A stretch of DNA of 64,000 bases from the human T2T-CHM13v2.0 reference genome, Homo sapiens, in NCBI RefSeq assembly GCF_009914755.1, contig NC_060947.1; one strand, written 5' to 3'. The position numbers and the translations under genes are program-made. Below the pieces are notes generated by a model, which saw only the letters and a list, made by a program, of their open reading frames with translations, did not search any database and was not told where the DNA came from. This document shows, one piece after another, positions 29,090 through 43,721 of the stretch (positions are counted from its first letter, which is position 1; each line of letters starts with the position of its first letter).

Positions 29090-29743
29090 CATTAGGCCCC
29101 TCTGGGCCAGTGATGGGAGGGGCTGCCATGAAGTTCTCTGACATGGCCTGGAGACATTTTCCCCATGGTCTTGAGGATTAATATTAGGCTCCTTGCTACT
29201 TATGCAAATTTCTGCAGCTGGCTTGAATTTCTCCTCAATAAAATGGGTTTTTCTTTTCTACTGCATCATCAGGCTGCAAATTTTCTGAACTTTTATGATC
29301 TGTTTCCCCTTTAAAACATAATGCTTTTAACAGCACCCAAGTCACCTTTTGAATGCTTTGCTGCTTAGAAATTTCTTCCGCCAGATACCCTAAATTATTT
29401 TTCTCAAGTTCAAAGTTCCACACATCTCTAGGGCTGGGGCAAAATGCCACTAGTCTCTTTGCTAAAACATAACAAAAGTCACTTTTGCTCCAGTTCCCAA
29501 GAAGTTCCTTATCTCCATCTGAGACCACCTCAGCCTGGATCTTATTGTTCATATCATTATCAGCATTTTTGTCAAAGCCATTCAACAAGTCTCTAGGAAG
29601 TTCCAAACTTTTCCACATTTTCTTGTCTTCTTCTGAGCCCTCCAAACTGTTCCAACCTCTGCCTGTTACCCAGTTCCAGAGTCACTTTTACACATTTTTT
29701 GGTATCTTTTCAGCAACGTCCCACTCTACTAGTACCAATTTAC
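29090..29743 (-). mobile_element. THE1 internal sequence (5' part) with MaLR ORF remnant
   Basis: ORF 29235-29645 MEGSEEDKKMWKSLELPRDLLNGFD...AEVVSDGDKELLGNWSK is the typical MaLR internal ORF. Confidence 0.92.
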
Positions 29744-30098
29744 TGTATTAGTTTGTTTTCACACTGCTGAAAAAGACATACCTAAAACTGGGAACACAAA
29801 GAGGTTTAATTGGACTTATATTTCTACATGGCTGGGGAGGCCTCAGAATCATGGTGGGAGGCAAAAAGCACTACTTACATGGTGGCAGCAAGAGAAAAAT
29901 GAGGAAGAAGAAAAAGCAGAAACCCCTGATAAACCCATCAGATCTCGTGAGACTTATTCACTATCACGATAATAGCACAGGAAAGGCCGGCCTCCATGAT
30001 TCAATTACCTCCCCCTGGATCTCTCCCACAACACGTGGGAATTCTGGGTAATACAATTCAAGTTGAGATTTGGGTGGGGACACAGCCAAACCACATCA
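29744..30098 (-). mobile_element. THE1C-like LTR (5' LTR of a truncated element)
   Basis: TGTATTAGTTTGTTTTCACACTGCTG...GGGGACACAGCCAAACCACATCA. Confidence 0.92.
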
Positions 30099-30469
30099 AT
30101 GTTGATACTATGATATCAGGATAATCTACAAAAGAAAAGAGTTGTAAATGTCAGGAAATGCACAGGATAGAAACAGGATGTGGTTAGGCTATTTCTCTTT
30201 GTTTTTTAATATTCATGGCAAAAAATATGGAACACAGTTTTCCTTCACTTCTTATGTGAATACAAATCAAAATAGAACAAATGCAGTAGCTTGGAGCTGG
30301 TGTCAGAGTTATTGCTCTGGAATTCACAGTGAGGTATTTGAGAGGTTATCAGTCTGCAACAAGTCGTTATATATCAGTTTTATTGGTCTAACATTTCTTT
30401 TGCGCTCAGATTAAGCATAGCTTCAAAATCTAAAGTCATTCAGGCAAGGGGAAAGGTTCCATAAATAAT

Positions 30470-30640
30470 AGAATCTTAGAATTTTATTGCCTGAACTAAC
30501 AAATCTTGGAGATCATCTGGTATACTCCATGCATTTTACACATGAAAAACATTTAGCCACAAAGACGGTAAGTGACCTAACTAATTTTCATATGGCTTGT
30601 TAGTGGCACAGCCTGGTCTCCAGTCTCCATCTGGTATGTT
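30470..30640 (-). mobile_element. MIR/MIR3 fragment
   Basis: CTTGGAGATCATCTGG...CATTTTACACATGAAAAAC...TAAGTGACCT. Confidence 0.6.
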
Positions 30641-31409
30641 TTTGAGCAAATTGTCCCAAATTTATTGTCTTAAAAATAAACTGGGAAATGTACCGATTAT
30701 ATTTGTTTTATTCTCTTCCACTGACAAAACATTGCCATTCTGTGAAACGACCATTCAATCAACATGGTTGTGAAAGTAGATCTGTCCCAGCAATATTCTT
30801 CTTCAGCAGTATGCTTCTGTCTCTTTTTTGCCCTCACCTTTCACTTTTTCCTTCCTCTTTTCTTCTTCCTCATTCTCCCGCTCTGTTCCTTATTTCCATT
30901 CCCGCTCATCTATCTCCCTTTTTTCTCTCTTTCCCATGTTTATAATTGGGCTACCTAAAAAATAAGCACCATGGTCAATGGTCAAGTCAATCTTTTATGT
31001 GCCAACCCTCTTCACAAAGGTAAGTTAAGTATTTCTTTAGTGAACGAGTTGAACTTTCAGATTATAAATAATAGTAAATTAAATGGAATTTTACATGTGT
31101 AATTAAAGTTTCAAAGTTTTATATTTCACGTGAAGAAACCAAGCTCTGTTCAACACCTTCAGGTGAAAATGCTTCTAATGAAAGTGTAAACCATATCTTC
31201 CATTAACAATCGCTCATGCTTCAGAAGAATCATCAGAATTAATACATTGAAAAATTGTTTTTTGGTGCCAGTAACACTGACCAATACATATCTAAAACAA
31301 CCATAATATTTGAGTATGGTAGGCTCTGACTAGGACGTTCAAATGTTAGCTAAATCAGAAATGAGAAAGTGAGAATCATATTGGGTGAGTTATTGGCTGA
31401 TTTTTTTTC

Positions 31410-32051
31410 TCAGATCCTATTCAGGTTCTACTGCTACGTAACAATCTACCACGACACATAGCAGCTTAAAAAATGACAATGTTTACTTTGCTCGTGGGTC
31501 TTCAATTTGGACAAATCTCAATGGGGACAGCTTGTCTCTGCTCCATATAGCATCAGCAGGGGTAGCTCAAAGGCTGAGGTATGGAATTATCTTAAGCCTC
31601 ACCCCTTCCCTTGTCTGGCCCTTGATGCCAGCTGTCAGCTAGAACACTAGCTGGAACTGTGACCAGAATACCTACATGGGCCCTTCCTGATCTCTGCTTG
31701 GCTGTTGCTAATATCTGGGCTACCTCACCGCCCTCTGTTTGACTTTTCAGGTAAATTAAAAGTTATTATTTGCAATTATTTCCCTATAGTAAATTCCCTG
31801 TTAGATTACAACCCAAAGAACTTGGGTTGCAAGGATGAACTACCAGAAAGAGAGAGACACAGAGAGGAAAAATAATAACAAGGTAGAAGCTATGTCCTCA
31901 TTTATGAATTCATGCAGCCACGTTTTGCTATATTCTGTTCCTTAGGAGAATGACACTAAGGCCAGCCATATTCAGAGCAAAGAAGAATTAGAGTCCACTT
32001 TTCATAACAGGAGCATGAAAGAATTTATGAATGTGTTTCAATACCACTATA
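31410..32051 (-). mobile_element. MLT1 (F-like) MaLR LTR
   Basis: GGGGACAGCTTGTCTCTGCTCCA...GATGCCAGCTGTCAGCT...CTAAGGCCAGCCATATTCA. Confidence 0.75.
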
Positions 32052-32061
32052 ATTTTCTTCC

Positions 32062-32875
<814 letters not shown>

Positions 32876-35182
32876 TATGTGAAGAAAAGCCAAAGAATGT
32901 TAATTTTAAAATGATGATAATTTCATTGAGAGCTAGAAAGCATATTGGGGCCCCTGGTTCAATTATACAGTTTTGCAGAACAATAGCCATGAAATGTTAC
33001 ACTAACTACACATTTCACATTTCACCTGTATTTATGCAAAACAGGTAAATAACAAGTGTCATGGAAAATTTAAGTGACTGTGTCCTAAAGTGCAGAATAG
33101 GTTCGGGACAATGCTGCAGGTCAGCCACATCACGATATAAAAGAGTCAAGTGGTAATATTGATAAAGGCAAGGACATACATAGTGCATTTTTTACATGGT
33201 CATCAAAAAATTTCACTGTGACCATTGTATTGTCTATAGAGTCTGTGCTTTAGTTCTCCCAACTCTTATTTCAACCACATCAGGTTGCAATTTTTTTCTT
33301 TTATAAACTGAAATCTTATGTGTTCTTTTCATGTGTTATAGGATTATAAGGGACTTTATGTTCAAATAAAGAGTTTTCCTTGAACTCTCAAAAATAAAAA
33401 TGGCTGTTAAAAACTTATTATGTAATAATAACAACAAAACCTGTATGATTTTTTGGAGGAAAGTAGGACAATTTGGAGGAATTTGGGTTCTCAGTGGGGT
33501 GGCATTGTAGGAGCTGTGAAATTACCACTGCCTCCTATCCTTACTTTATGGATACAGTTTATTTGTGATTTTTTCACTTTAAAATTGAAGTCACTAATCT
33601 TGTGATTCCTGTGCTGCCTTGATTTTGTTAATAATTGATTTCTTTTGCTTGGCATATCTTTAATTTGAACCATAGTGTTTGAGAGCTTCCATCTGTGGAT
33701 CTGTGCAAATGCATTATTGAACATTCTTCCAACAGCTCTTCTCTTTTCACTTTGCTCTTCCAGCCTTCTCATTACTCAGTCTCTAAAACCTATCAAGCTT
33801 GTGGCTTTTCATAGAGAGTGTATGGGTGATAGCTTATTCCTTTTGTATGTGCCACTTCTCTTTCTTTTTGTAGGGGAGTCTTAGGTTTTATTGATGGCAC
33901 TGCCAGCTAGGACAAGTAAGTTCATGTGAGGTGGAGAAGTGTTAGCCTCTTTCCCTTTAGCTGCAGAATCTATGCCCCAAAATACATCTTCCTCATGAAG
34001 AAAAAGCAAAGTCACCTAATATAATACAGTGTGTGCACACGCTAGTGTTTCTTGGGAGGAAGCTCACGAATATCAAAGGATATCTGATATATTCTTCAAA
34101 TATGCAGCAGACTCTCTGACAAGGACAGTGCAGCCCAGGCACAGTTTCCAAGGGAATCTTGCAATCTCTCCTTTTGCTGGTTTCGAGCAGAGTAGAGAGG
34201 GGAACTCGGTAGTCTGAGAGTAAGCTCTGACAGAATCTATAAAACACTCATTGGTTAATATGAAGGGGATGGTTGAACATAAGATATACCAGGGATCTGA
34301 ACCTTATTTGGTGCCTCCTAATTCCAACTGGTTAGATTTAAGAGGAAGATGTGAGATTCACACCTCAAAAATTGCCACTTAAAATTATATTTTTTCACTA
34401 TAAGCTGCTGTCTTTATCCCAATTTCTATAATCAGATTTCTGATCCAGTAGAAAGGCCCAAGTGTGAGGTATTAAGAACAGAGGATGTGTTCCTTCCAGT
34501 ACTTCCACAAAAAGCAAAGTATGGATGACCATTTGCCTTTTATGCGCAAGAGAGAGAGAGTTTCCTCTCTACAACTAAGAGGTCAATTAGTAGAAAACAT
34601 GAAAGATATGGGTGATAATTTAACACTTTATTTAAACATGAAAAATATTTCTACCTACTACTAGTTAGTTTATCACTACAAAAAATATAAGCGACCATAA
34701 ATTATTCTTTCTGATTCTCTCTCAAATTCCTCAAGTCATAAGGTTATCTTTGGAAACTGTATCTCAAACATCAGACTATTCTCTGACATGCAGGAATATT
34801 TCAGCTCACAATCCACTTTTCCTTATTTTACTGAAAATCATGCACAATATACATTATCTTTTTATGCCTTACTAAAGAAATCAAGGTAAACATCAAATAT
34901 GATCTATCAGGCTATTCAATTCTTGCTTGGTGCCTGGAGACAAGAAAAAGAAAAACTACAAAGGTTTTTTTTTTGCATAACATTAAAATAGGTATTTACA
35001 GTATCATGATAGACTGTCTCTTGTCAAGAAATGTCAGTGGTGTTGTCACACCTACCTCATTAATACACAAAATGAAAACATAGCAATAAAAATCTGTCAT
35101 CATTTTGACTTGTAGGTAAAGTTATTCCACTGGATTGTTTATAACATTTTTCATATTAGTTTTTGTGGCTCAAATATGTCAA

Positions 35183-37678
35183 TTTTTTTTAACGTAATAA
35201 ACTTCATTTTTAGAAAAGTTTTAGGTTCACAACAAAACTAAATAGAAAGCTCAGAGACTTTCCATGTTTCCCTCTCCCTACATACATACAACTTCTCCTA
35301 CAATGGACATCTTGCATCATAGTGGAACATTGGTTACAATTGATGAAACTACATTAACACACCATTATCATTCAAAGTCTATTGTTAACATTAGGGTTTA
35401 CTCCTGGTGTTGTACATTCTATGGGTAGTGACAAATATATAATGACATGTATTCACCATTATATTATCATACAGAACAGTTTCCCTGTCCTAAAAACCCT
35501 CTGTATTCTGCCTACTCATCCCTTCCTCTCCACTAAACTTTGGCAACCACTGATCTTTTGACTGGCTCCATAATTTTTTTTTTCAGAATGTCATATAGTT
35601 GGTATCATGCAGTATGCAGCTTTTCAGATTGGCTTTTTAAATTTACTAATATGCATCTATGTTTTCTCTATGTCTTTTTGTGACTTGATAGCTCATTTCT
35701 TTTTAGCACTGAATAATATTCTATTGTCTGGATATACCACAGTTTATTCACCTACTGAGGTACATCTTGGTTGCTTTCAAGTTTTGGCAATTGTGAATAA
35801 AGCTGCCATAAACGTTTGTGTACAGGTTTTTTTGTGGAAATAAATTTTCAGTTCATTTCAGCAGATGCCAAGGAGCATGATTGAATAGCGAGATCATGTG
35901 GAAAGAAAAATTATAGATTTTTAAGAGGCTTCAGAACTGTCTTTCAAAATGGCTATACCATTTCGCATCCCCAGCAGAAATGAATGAGTGCTTTTGTTCC
36001 TTTACATCTTCAGCATTTGGTGTTGTCAGTGAATTTTGACCATTCTAATAGATATGTAGTGATATATTGTTCTTTTAACTTGCAATTCCCTAAGGACATA
36101 AAAGTTTGAGCATATTTTAATATGCCTACTTAATATTTGTATATTTTCTTTGATGAGATATATACTCAGATCTTTTGCCCATTTTTAATTGGATTGTTCC
36201 TTTTCTTATTTTTGAGCTTTAGGAGTTCTTTATGTAATTTGGATAATAGTCCTTTATCAAATGTATCTTTACAAATATTTTCCCCAGTCTGTGGCTTTTT
36301 TCTCATTCTCTTGACAGTATTTTTCACGAGCATATGCTTTTAATTTTAATGTAGTCCAATTTATCAATTATTTCTTTTATGGGTCAGGCCTTTAGTGTTG
36401 TCTCTAAAAAGTCATCACTATACCCAAGGTCATTGAGATTTTCCCCTATGTCAACTTTTAGGAGTTTTATTGTTTTTCATTTTATATTTAGGTCTATGAT
36501 CTATTTTGGATTCATTTGTAGGAAGAATGTATGGTCTGTGTATAGATTCGTTTTTTTATTTTTTTGCATATGAATATTTAGTTATTCCTGCAACGTTTGA
36601 AAATGCTATCTTTTCTCCATCACATTTCTTTGGCTCTTTTGTCAAATATCAGTAAAATATATTTATGTGTGGCTATTTCTGGACTCTCTATTCTGTCCCA
36701 CTGATCTATTTGTCTATTCTTTTACCAGTGCCATGCTGTACTGATTACTGTATCTTTATTACAAGTCTTGAAGTCAGCTATGGTCAGTCCTCCAGCTGTT
36801 CTTCTCCTTCAATATTGTCTTTGCTATTCTGGGTCTTTTGCCATTTCCTATACATTTTTGTGTCGTTTGTCAATATCCACAAAAATAGCTTGTTGTATTT
36901 TGATAGGGATTCTTTTGAATCTGTAGATCATATTGGGAAGAACTGACATTTTGAAAATATTGGGTCTTTTTAACAATAAACATAGAGTAGCTCTCAATTT
37001 ATTTAGTTCTTCCTTGAATTTTTTCATCTAGTTTTGCAGTTTTTCTCATGTAAATCTTGTATTTGCATATTTTGTTAGAGTTGTATCTAAATACTGCATA
37101 TTGGGTGGTACTAATGTAAATTGTATTTTGTTTGTAATTTTAAATTCTACTTGTTTATTGTTAGTGTATAGGAAAGTGTTGACTTTTGTGTATTAACCCT
37201 TTATTCTTCAACCTTGCTATAATAATTTAGTAATTTCAAGAGAGGATTTATTTTCCCAATCCTTTTTTACTTTCTACATAAATAATCATGTCATCTGTGA
37301 AAAAGACTTTTCTTTCTTTCTTCCCAATCTGTAAACCTTTTATTTCCTTTTCTTGTCTTGTTACATTAGCTAGGATGTCAAGTATGGGTAATGCCCCTGG
37401 TATATCTATAAAGTTATCACCATACCCAAGGTCATTGAGATTTTCTCTTATATCATCTTCCAGGAGTTTTATAGTTTTTCATTTTAAATTTAGTTCTATG
37501 ACCCATTTGAGTTCATTTTTATGAAGGGTGTAAGGTCTGTGCATAGATTCATGTTTTTGCATGTGGATACAACAGCAAAGGCATAACCACTTTTTTAAAA
37601 AGTGGTAAGAGGAAACATTATTGTCTTGTTTCTGATTTTAACAGGAAAGCTTATAGGCTCTCACCAGTACGCTGTAAG
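35183..37678 (-). mobile_element. L1MC1-3-like 3' UTR and ORF2 3' region
   Basis: TTTTAGGTTCACAACAAAA...GTTACAATTGATGAAACTACATT 3' UTR followed by antisense ORF2. Confidence 0.88.
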
Positions 37679-38344
37679 GTTTTTTTTTCTTAATTTCTCA
37701 TTTTGATTTTTGTGGGTACACAGTAGATGCAGGTATTTATGGGGTGCATGAAATGTTTTCATACAGGCATGTAATGCGTAATAATCACATCACGTAAAAT
37801 GGGGTACTCAACCCCTCAAGCATTTATCCTTTGTGTTATAAACAATCAAATTATACTCTTTTAGTTATTTTTAAATGTACAATTAAGTTATTATTGACTA
37901 TAGTCACCCTATTGTGCTATCAAATACTAGGTCTTATTCATTCTTTCTATTTTTTTTGATACACATGAACAATCCCCACATCCCCTCCCAATCTGCTGCC
38001 CCTACCCTTCTCAGCCTCTGGTAACCATCCTTCTACTCTCTATATCCATGAGTTCAATTATTTTGATTTTTAGATCCCACAAATAAGTGAGAACATGCGA
38101 TGTTTGTCTTTCTGTACCTGGCTTATTTCACTTAGCATAATGATCTCCAATTCCATCCATGTTATTGCAAATGACAGGAGCTCATTCTTCTTATGGCTGA
38201 ATAGTATTCCGTTGTGTATATATAGAATATTTTGTAATGTTTGAAAATGTCTTTATTATGTCTTGTCTACTGAATGATAACTAAACTAAGTGTAGACTTT
38301 TCGTTCATATTTTTCAGTTTTATTTATATTTCATTGGAAGGAAA

Positions 38345-38782
38345 ATTTTTTATTTCAATAGCTTTTGGGGTACAAGTATTTTTTTGTTACATAGATGAAT
38401 TATACAGTGGTAAATTCTGAAATTTTAGTGCGCCCATCACCGGAGTAGTGTACATTGTACCTAATGTGTAGTTTTTTTATCCCTATCCTCCCTCCCAGCC
38501 TCCCCATTCTGAGTCTCTAAAGTCCATAATATCACTCTGTATGCCTTTGCATACTCGCAGCTTACCTCCCACTTATAAGTGAGGACATACGGTTTTTGGT
38601 TTTCCACTCCTGTGTTACTTCACTTAGAATAATGGCCTTCAGCTCCATCCAAATTGCTGCAAAAGACATTATTTTGTTCCTATTAATGGCTGAGTAGTAT
38701 TTCATGATGTATATATACCACATTTTCTTTATCCACTCATTAGTCAATGGATACTTAAGTTGGTTCCACATCTTCGCAATTG
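38345..38782 (-). mobile_element. L1PB1-like 3' end
   Basis: TTTCAATAGCTTTTGGGGTACAAG...GAATTATACAGTGGT...; ORF2 C-terminus at 38562-38771. Confidence 0.88.
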
Positions 38783-39555
38783 GAGTACCACATTTTCATT
38801 ATCCATTAATCTGTTGGTGGACACTTAGGTTGCTTCCAAATTTTGGCTATTGTGAACAGTGTTGCAGTAAACATGGGAGTGCAGGTATCTCTTTGATATA
38901 CTGATTTCCTTTCTTTTGGGTATATACCCAGCAGTGGGATTGCTGGATCATATGGTAGCTCTCTTTTTAGTTTTTTGAGGAAGCTCCAAATGATTCTCTA
39001 TAGTGGCTATACTAATTTACATTCCCACCAATGCCGTGTGAGGATTCTTTTTTCTCTACATCCTTGCTAGCATTTGTTATTGCTTGGCTTTTGGATATGA
39101 ACCATTTTAACTGGGGTGGGATGATATCTCATTGTAGTTTTGATTTGCATTTCTCTGATGATCAGTGATGTTGAGCACCTTTTCATATGCCTGCTTTCCA
39201 TTTGTATGTCTTTTTTAAAAAAAGTCTAGTCAAAACGTTTGTTCATTTTTAATTGGATTATTAGATGTTTTCTATGGAGTTGTTTGAGATTTTATATATT
39301 CTGGTGATTGATCCCTTATCAAATGGATAGTTTGTGAATATTTTCTCCCATTCTCTGGGTTGCCTCTTCATTTTGTTGGTTGTTTTCTTTGCTGTGCAGA
39401 AGTTTTTTTAACTTGGTGTGATTCTATTTGTCCATTTCTTGATTTGGTTGCCTGTGCTTGTGGAGTATTACTCAAGACATTTTTTTTTTTTTTTTTTTTT
39501 TTTTTTTGCCCAGACCAATGTCCTGCAGAGATTCCCCAATATTTTCTTATAATAG

Positions 39556-39882
<327 letters not shown>

Positions 39883-40241
39883 CTTATAATAGTTTCATAC
39901 ATTGAGGTCTTAGATTTAAATCTTTAATCCATTTTCATTTTACTCTTGTAGATCATGAGAGATAAGGGTCATTTCATTCTTCTACTTGTGGATATCTAGT
40001 TTTCCCAACACCATTTACTGAAGAAACTGTCTGTTCCTCAGTTTATGTTCTTTGCACCTTTGTCAAAAATGAGTTAGCTGTAGGTGTGTGGATTTGTTTC
40101 TGGGTTCTCTCTTCAGTTCCATTGATCTATGTGTCTGTTTTTATGCCAGTACCATGCTATCTGGGTTATTATAGATCTGTAGTATAATTTGAAATCGGGT
40201 AATGCAATTCTTCCAGTTTTGTTCTTTTTGCTCAGGATAGC

Positions 40242-40648
40242 TATATTAGTCCATTCTTACACTGCCATAAAGAAATATCTGAGACTGGGTAATTTATGAA
40301 GAAAAGAGGTTTAATTGGCTCATTCTTGTGTGGTTCCACACACAAGAAGCATAATGCTGACATCTGCTCAGCTTCTGGGAAGGCTTCTGGAAACTTACAA
40401 TTATGATAGAATGCAAAGAGGATGCCAGGATGTCTTACGTGGCCAGAGCAGGAGCAAGAGAGAACGAGGAGGCCACATGCTTTTAAACAATCAGATCTCA
40501 GAAGGACTTTCTCACTGTCACCAGAACAGTACCAAGGGGGAAATCTGCCCCCATGATACAATCACTTCCCACCAGGCCCCACCTCCAACACTGGGGATTA
40601 CAATTTGACATGAGATTTGGGTTGGGGGCACAGACCCAAACCATAACA
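40242..40648 (-). mobile_element. MSTA-like solo LTR
   Basis: MST sequence in reverse; perfect 5-bp TSD ATAGC. Confidence 0.92.
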
Positions 40649-41799
40649 ATAGCTTTGGCTATTCTGGGTCTTTTGTTGTTCCTTATACAATTTAGGATTA
40701 TTTTATATTTTTGTGAAGAATGTATTTAATATTTTGATAGGGATTGCATTGAATCCTTCAAGCGCTTTGGGTAGTATGGACATTTTAATAATATTGATGC
40801 TTCTAATCCATGAACATGAAATATCTTTCCATTTTTTGGTGTGCTGTTTAATTTCTTTTATCAGTGTTTTATAGTTTTCATTATAGAGATCTTTCACTTC
40901 TTTGGTTAATTCCAAGGTATTTAATTTTATTTGTGGCTATTCTGAATAGGATTACTTTTTAAATTTCTTTTTCTGATTGTACACTGTCGTCATAAAGAAA
41001 TGCTACTGATTTTTGTACGTTGATTTTGTATCCTGCAACTTTACTGAATTTGTTTATCAGTTCTAATAGTTTTTTTTGTGGAGTCTTTAGGTTTTTCCAA
41101 GTATAAGATTATATCACCTGCAAACAGGGATAATTCGTCTTCTTCCTTTCCAATTTGGATATGCTTTATTTCTTTCTCTTGCCTGATTATTCTAGCTAGG
41201 ACTTCCAATACTATGTTGAATAACAGTGGTGAAGGTGGACATCCTTGTCATGTTTCAGATCTTAGAGGAAAGGCTTTTAGCTTTTGCCCATTTAGTATGA
41301 TACCAGCTGTGGTTCTGTCGTATATGGCTTTCATTATGTTGAGATACGTTTCTTCTACGCCCAGCTTATGTCTTTTGATTGGAGAGTTTAATCCATTTAC
41401 ATTCAATGTTATTATTGGTAAGTAAGAACATACTCCTGCCATTTTGTTCTTTGTTTTCTGGTTGTTTTTTTGGTCTTCTCTTCCTTCTTTCTTTCCTTTA
41501 TGTCTTCCTTTTAGTTGAAATAATTTTCTCTGGTGATATGATTTAGTTTCTTGCTTTTTATTTTTCTGTATCTGTTGTATGTTTTTTGATTTGAGGAAAC
41601 CATGAGGCTTGCAAATACTACCTTATAACTCATGATTTTAAGCTGATAACAACACTGTTTGCAGAAACAAACAAACAAGCAAAAAAAAACTAATAAAGAC
41701 TCTACATCTTAACTTCGTCCCCTTACTTTCTAACCTTTTGCTGTTTCCATCTTATTGTACTATCTATGCCTTGAAAAGTTATTGCAGTTATTATTTTTA

Positions 41800-42730
41800 A
41801 CAAGCAATAACAAACAACAAATAGGCAAAGGATATGAACAGACACTTCTCAAAAGAAGACATACAGGGAGCCAATAAACAAACATGAACAAATGCTCCAC
41901 AGCACTCATCATCAGAGAAATGCAAGTCAAAACCACAATGAGATACCATCTCACACACCAGTCAGAATGCCTATTATTAAAAAGTCAAAAAATAACAGAT
42001 GCCAGTGAGGCTGCAGAGAGAAGGGAATGCTTATACACTGTTAGTTGGAATGTAAATTAGTTGAGACACCGTGAAAAGCAGTTTAGAGATTTCTCAATGA
42101 ACTTAAAACAGGACTACCATTCAATCCAGCAATCCCATTCCTGGGTATATGCCCAAAGAGAAATAAATAATTCTACCAAAAAGACACAAGCAATTGCATG
42201 TTCATCACAGCACTACTGACAATAGCAAAGACATGGAATCAACTGAGGTGCCCATCAATACCTAGGAACACATGGTGGATTGGACAAAGAAAATGTGATA
42301 TATACACACCATGGAATACTACACAGCCATAAAAAATGAAATCATTCTTCATTTCTTTTACAGTGTTTTTTATTGTTAACTTTAATAATCATGACCTTTG
42401 CAGCAACATGGATGCAGCTGAAGGCCATTATCCTAAAAGAATTAATGCAGGAATAGAAAACCAAATACCATGTGTTCTCACTTATAAATAAGAACTAAAC
42501 ATGGGTACACATGGACATAAAGATGGGAACAATACACACTGGGGACTACTAGAGGGTGGTGAAAGGGAGAGGGGCAACAGCTAAAAACCTACCTATTGGG
42601 TACTATGCTCTTTACCTGGGTGACAGGATCATTTGTACCTTAAACCTCAGTATCATGCAATATAACCATGTAAGAAACCTGCACATGTCCCCTCTCAATC
42701 TAAAATAAAAGTTGTAATTATAAAAAATAA
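41800..42730 (+). mobile_element. L1PA15/16-like 3' end
   Basis: GGCAAAGGATATGAACAGACACTTCTCAAAAGAAGACATAC...AAACCTGCACATGTCCCC...AAAATAAAAGTTG. Confidence 0.88.
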
Positions 42731-42733
42731 GTA

Positions 42734-43013
42734 GGCTGGGTGCGGTGTCTCACACCTGTAATCCTAGCACTTTGGGAGGCCAAGGCAGGCAGACCATTTG
42801 AGGTCAGGAGTTCGAGACCAGCCTGGACAGCATGGTGAAACCTCATCTCTACTAAAAATACAAAAGAAATAGCTGGGCGTGGTGGTGGGTGCCTGTAATC
42901 CCAGCTACTGGGGAGGCTGAGGCAGGAGAATCGCTTGAACCCAGGAGATGGAGGTTGCAGTGAGCTGAGATCACTGTACTCCAGCCTGGGCAGCAGAGTG
43001 AGACTCTGTCTCA

Positions 43014-43056
<43 letters not shown>

Positions 43057-43058
43057 AT
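42734..43058 (+). mobile_element. Alu (AluSx/Sz-like) with (AAAT)n tail
   Basis: Full dimer; about 11 AAAT units at 43013-43058. Confidence 0.95.
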
Positions 43059-43721
43059 GAACACAATGCCAAAAAAATTAAATGGGCTTCCAGTAGGCAA
43101 CCTACAGTGAAGTCTTGTTTTTAATATACTGTGACAATATCTGTCTTTTAATTGGTGTATTTAGAACATGGACATTTAAAGGAATTCTTCATATAGTTTG
43201 ATTAATATATATCGTATTTGTTACTGTTTTCTATTTGTTGCCCTTGTTCTTTGCTCTTATATTTTTCTTCCACATTTTTTCTGCCTTTTATGGTTTTCAT
43301 TGTGCAGTTTACACAATTCCATTTTCACTCTTTTGTTATATTAATAATACATGGTTTAAGTGGTTGTAATAAAGTTTGCAATATTCTCTTACAACTAACA
43401 CATGTCCACTTTCGAATAACACTGTACTGCTTCACAGATAGGGTAAATACCTTACAACAACAAAATATTTCCAATTCATCTTTCCCATCCCTTGTGTCAT
43501 TAATGTATTATTTCACTTGTATATAACCATATATATGCAAATGTATGTATATATATACATATGAGCATGCATAATAGAATACATTGTTGATATTATTTTG
43601 AACAAACTCATGTTAGATTTTTTACATTTTTTATTTTACCTTTACTTATATATTCTCTGAAACTTGTCTTTGTGCATATCTGAGTTTCTGACATGTATTA
43701 TTTTCATTGTCACTGAAGTAC

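Noticed and set aside
33491-33772. 93-aa basic ORF on the minus strand
   Set aside because: No recognisable homology; possibly decayed LINE sequence.
39480-39507. 28-nt poly-T run within L1
   Set aside because: Ordinary homopolymer expansion.
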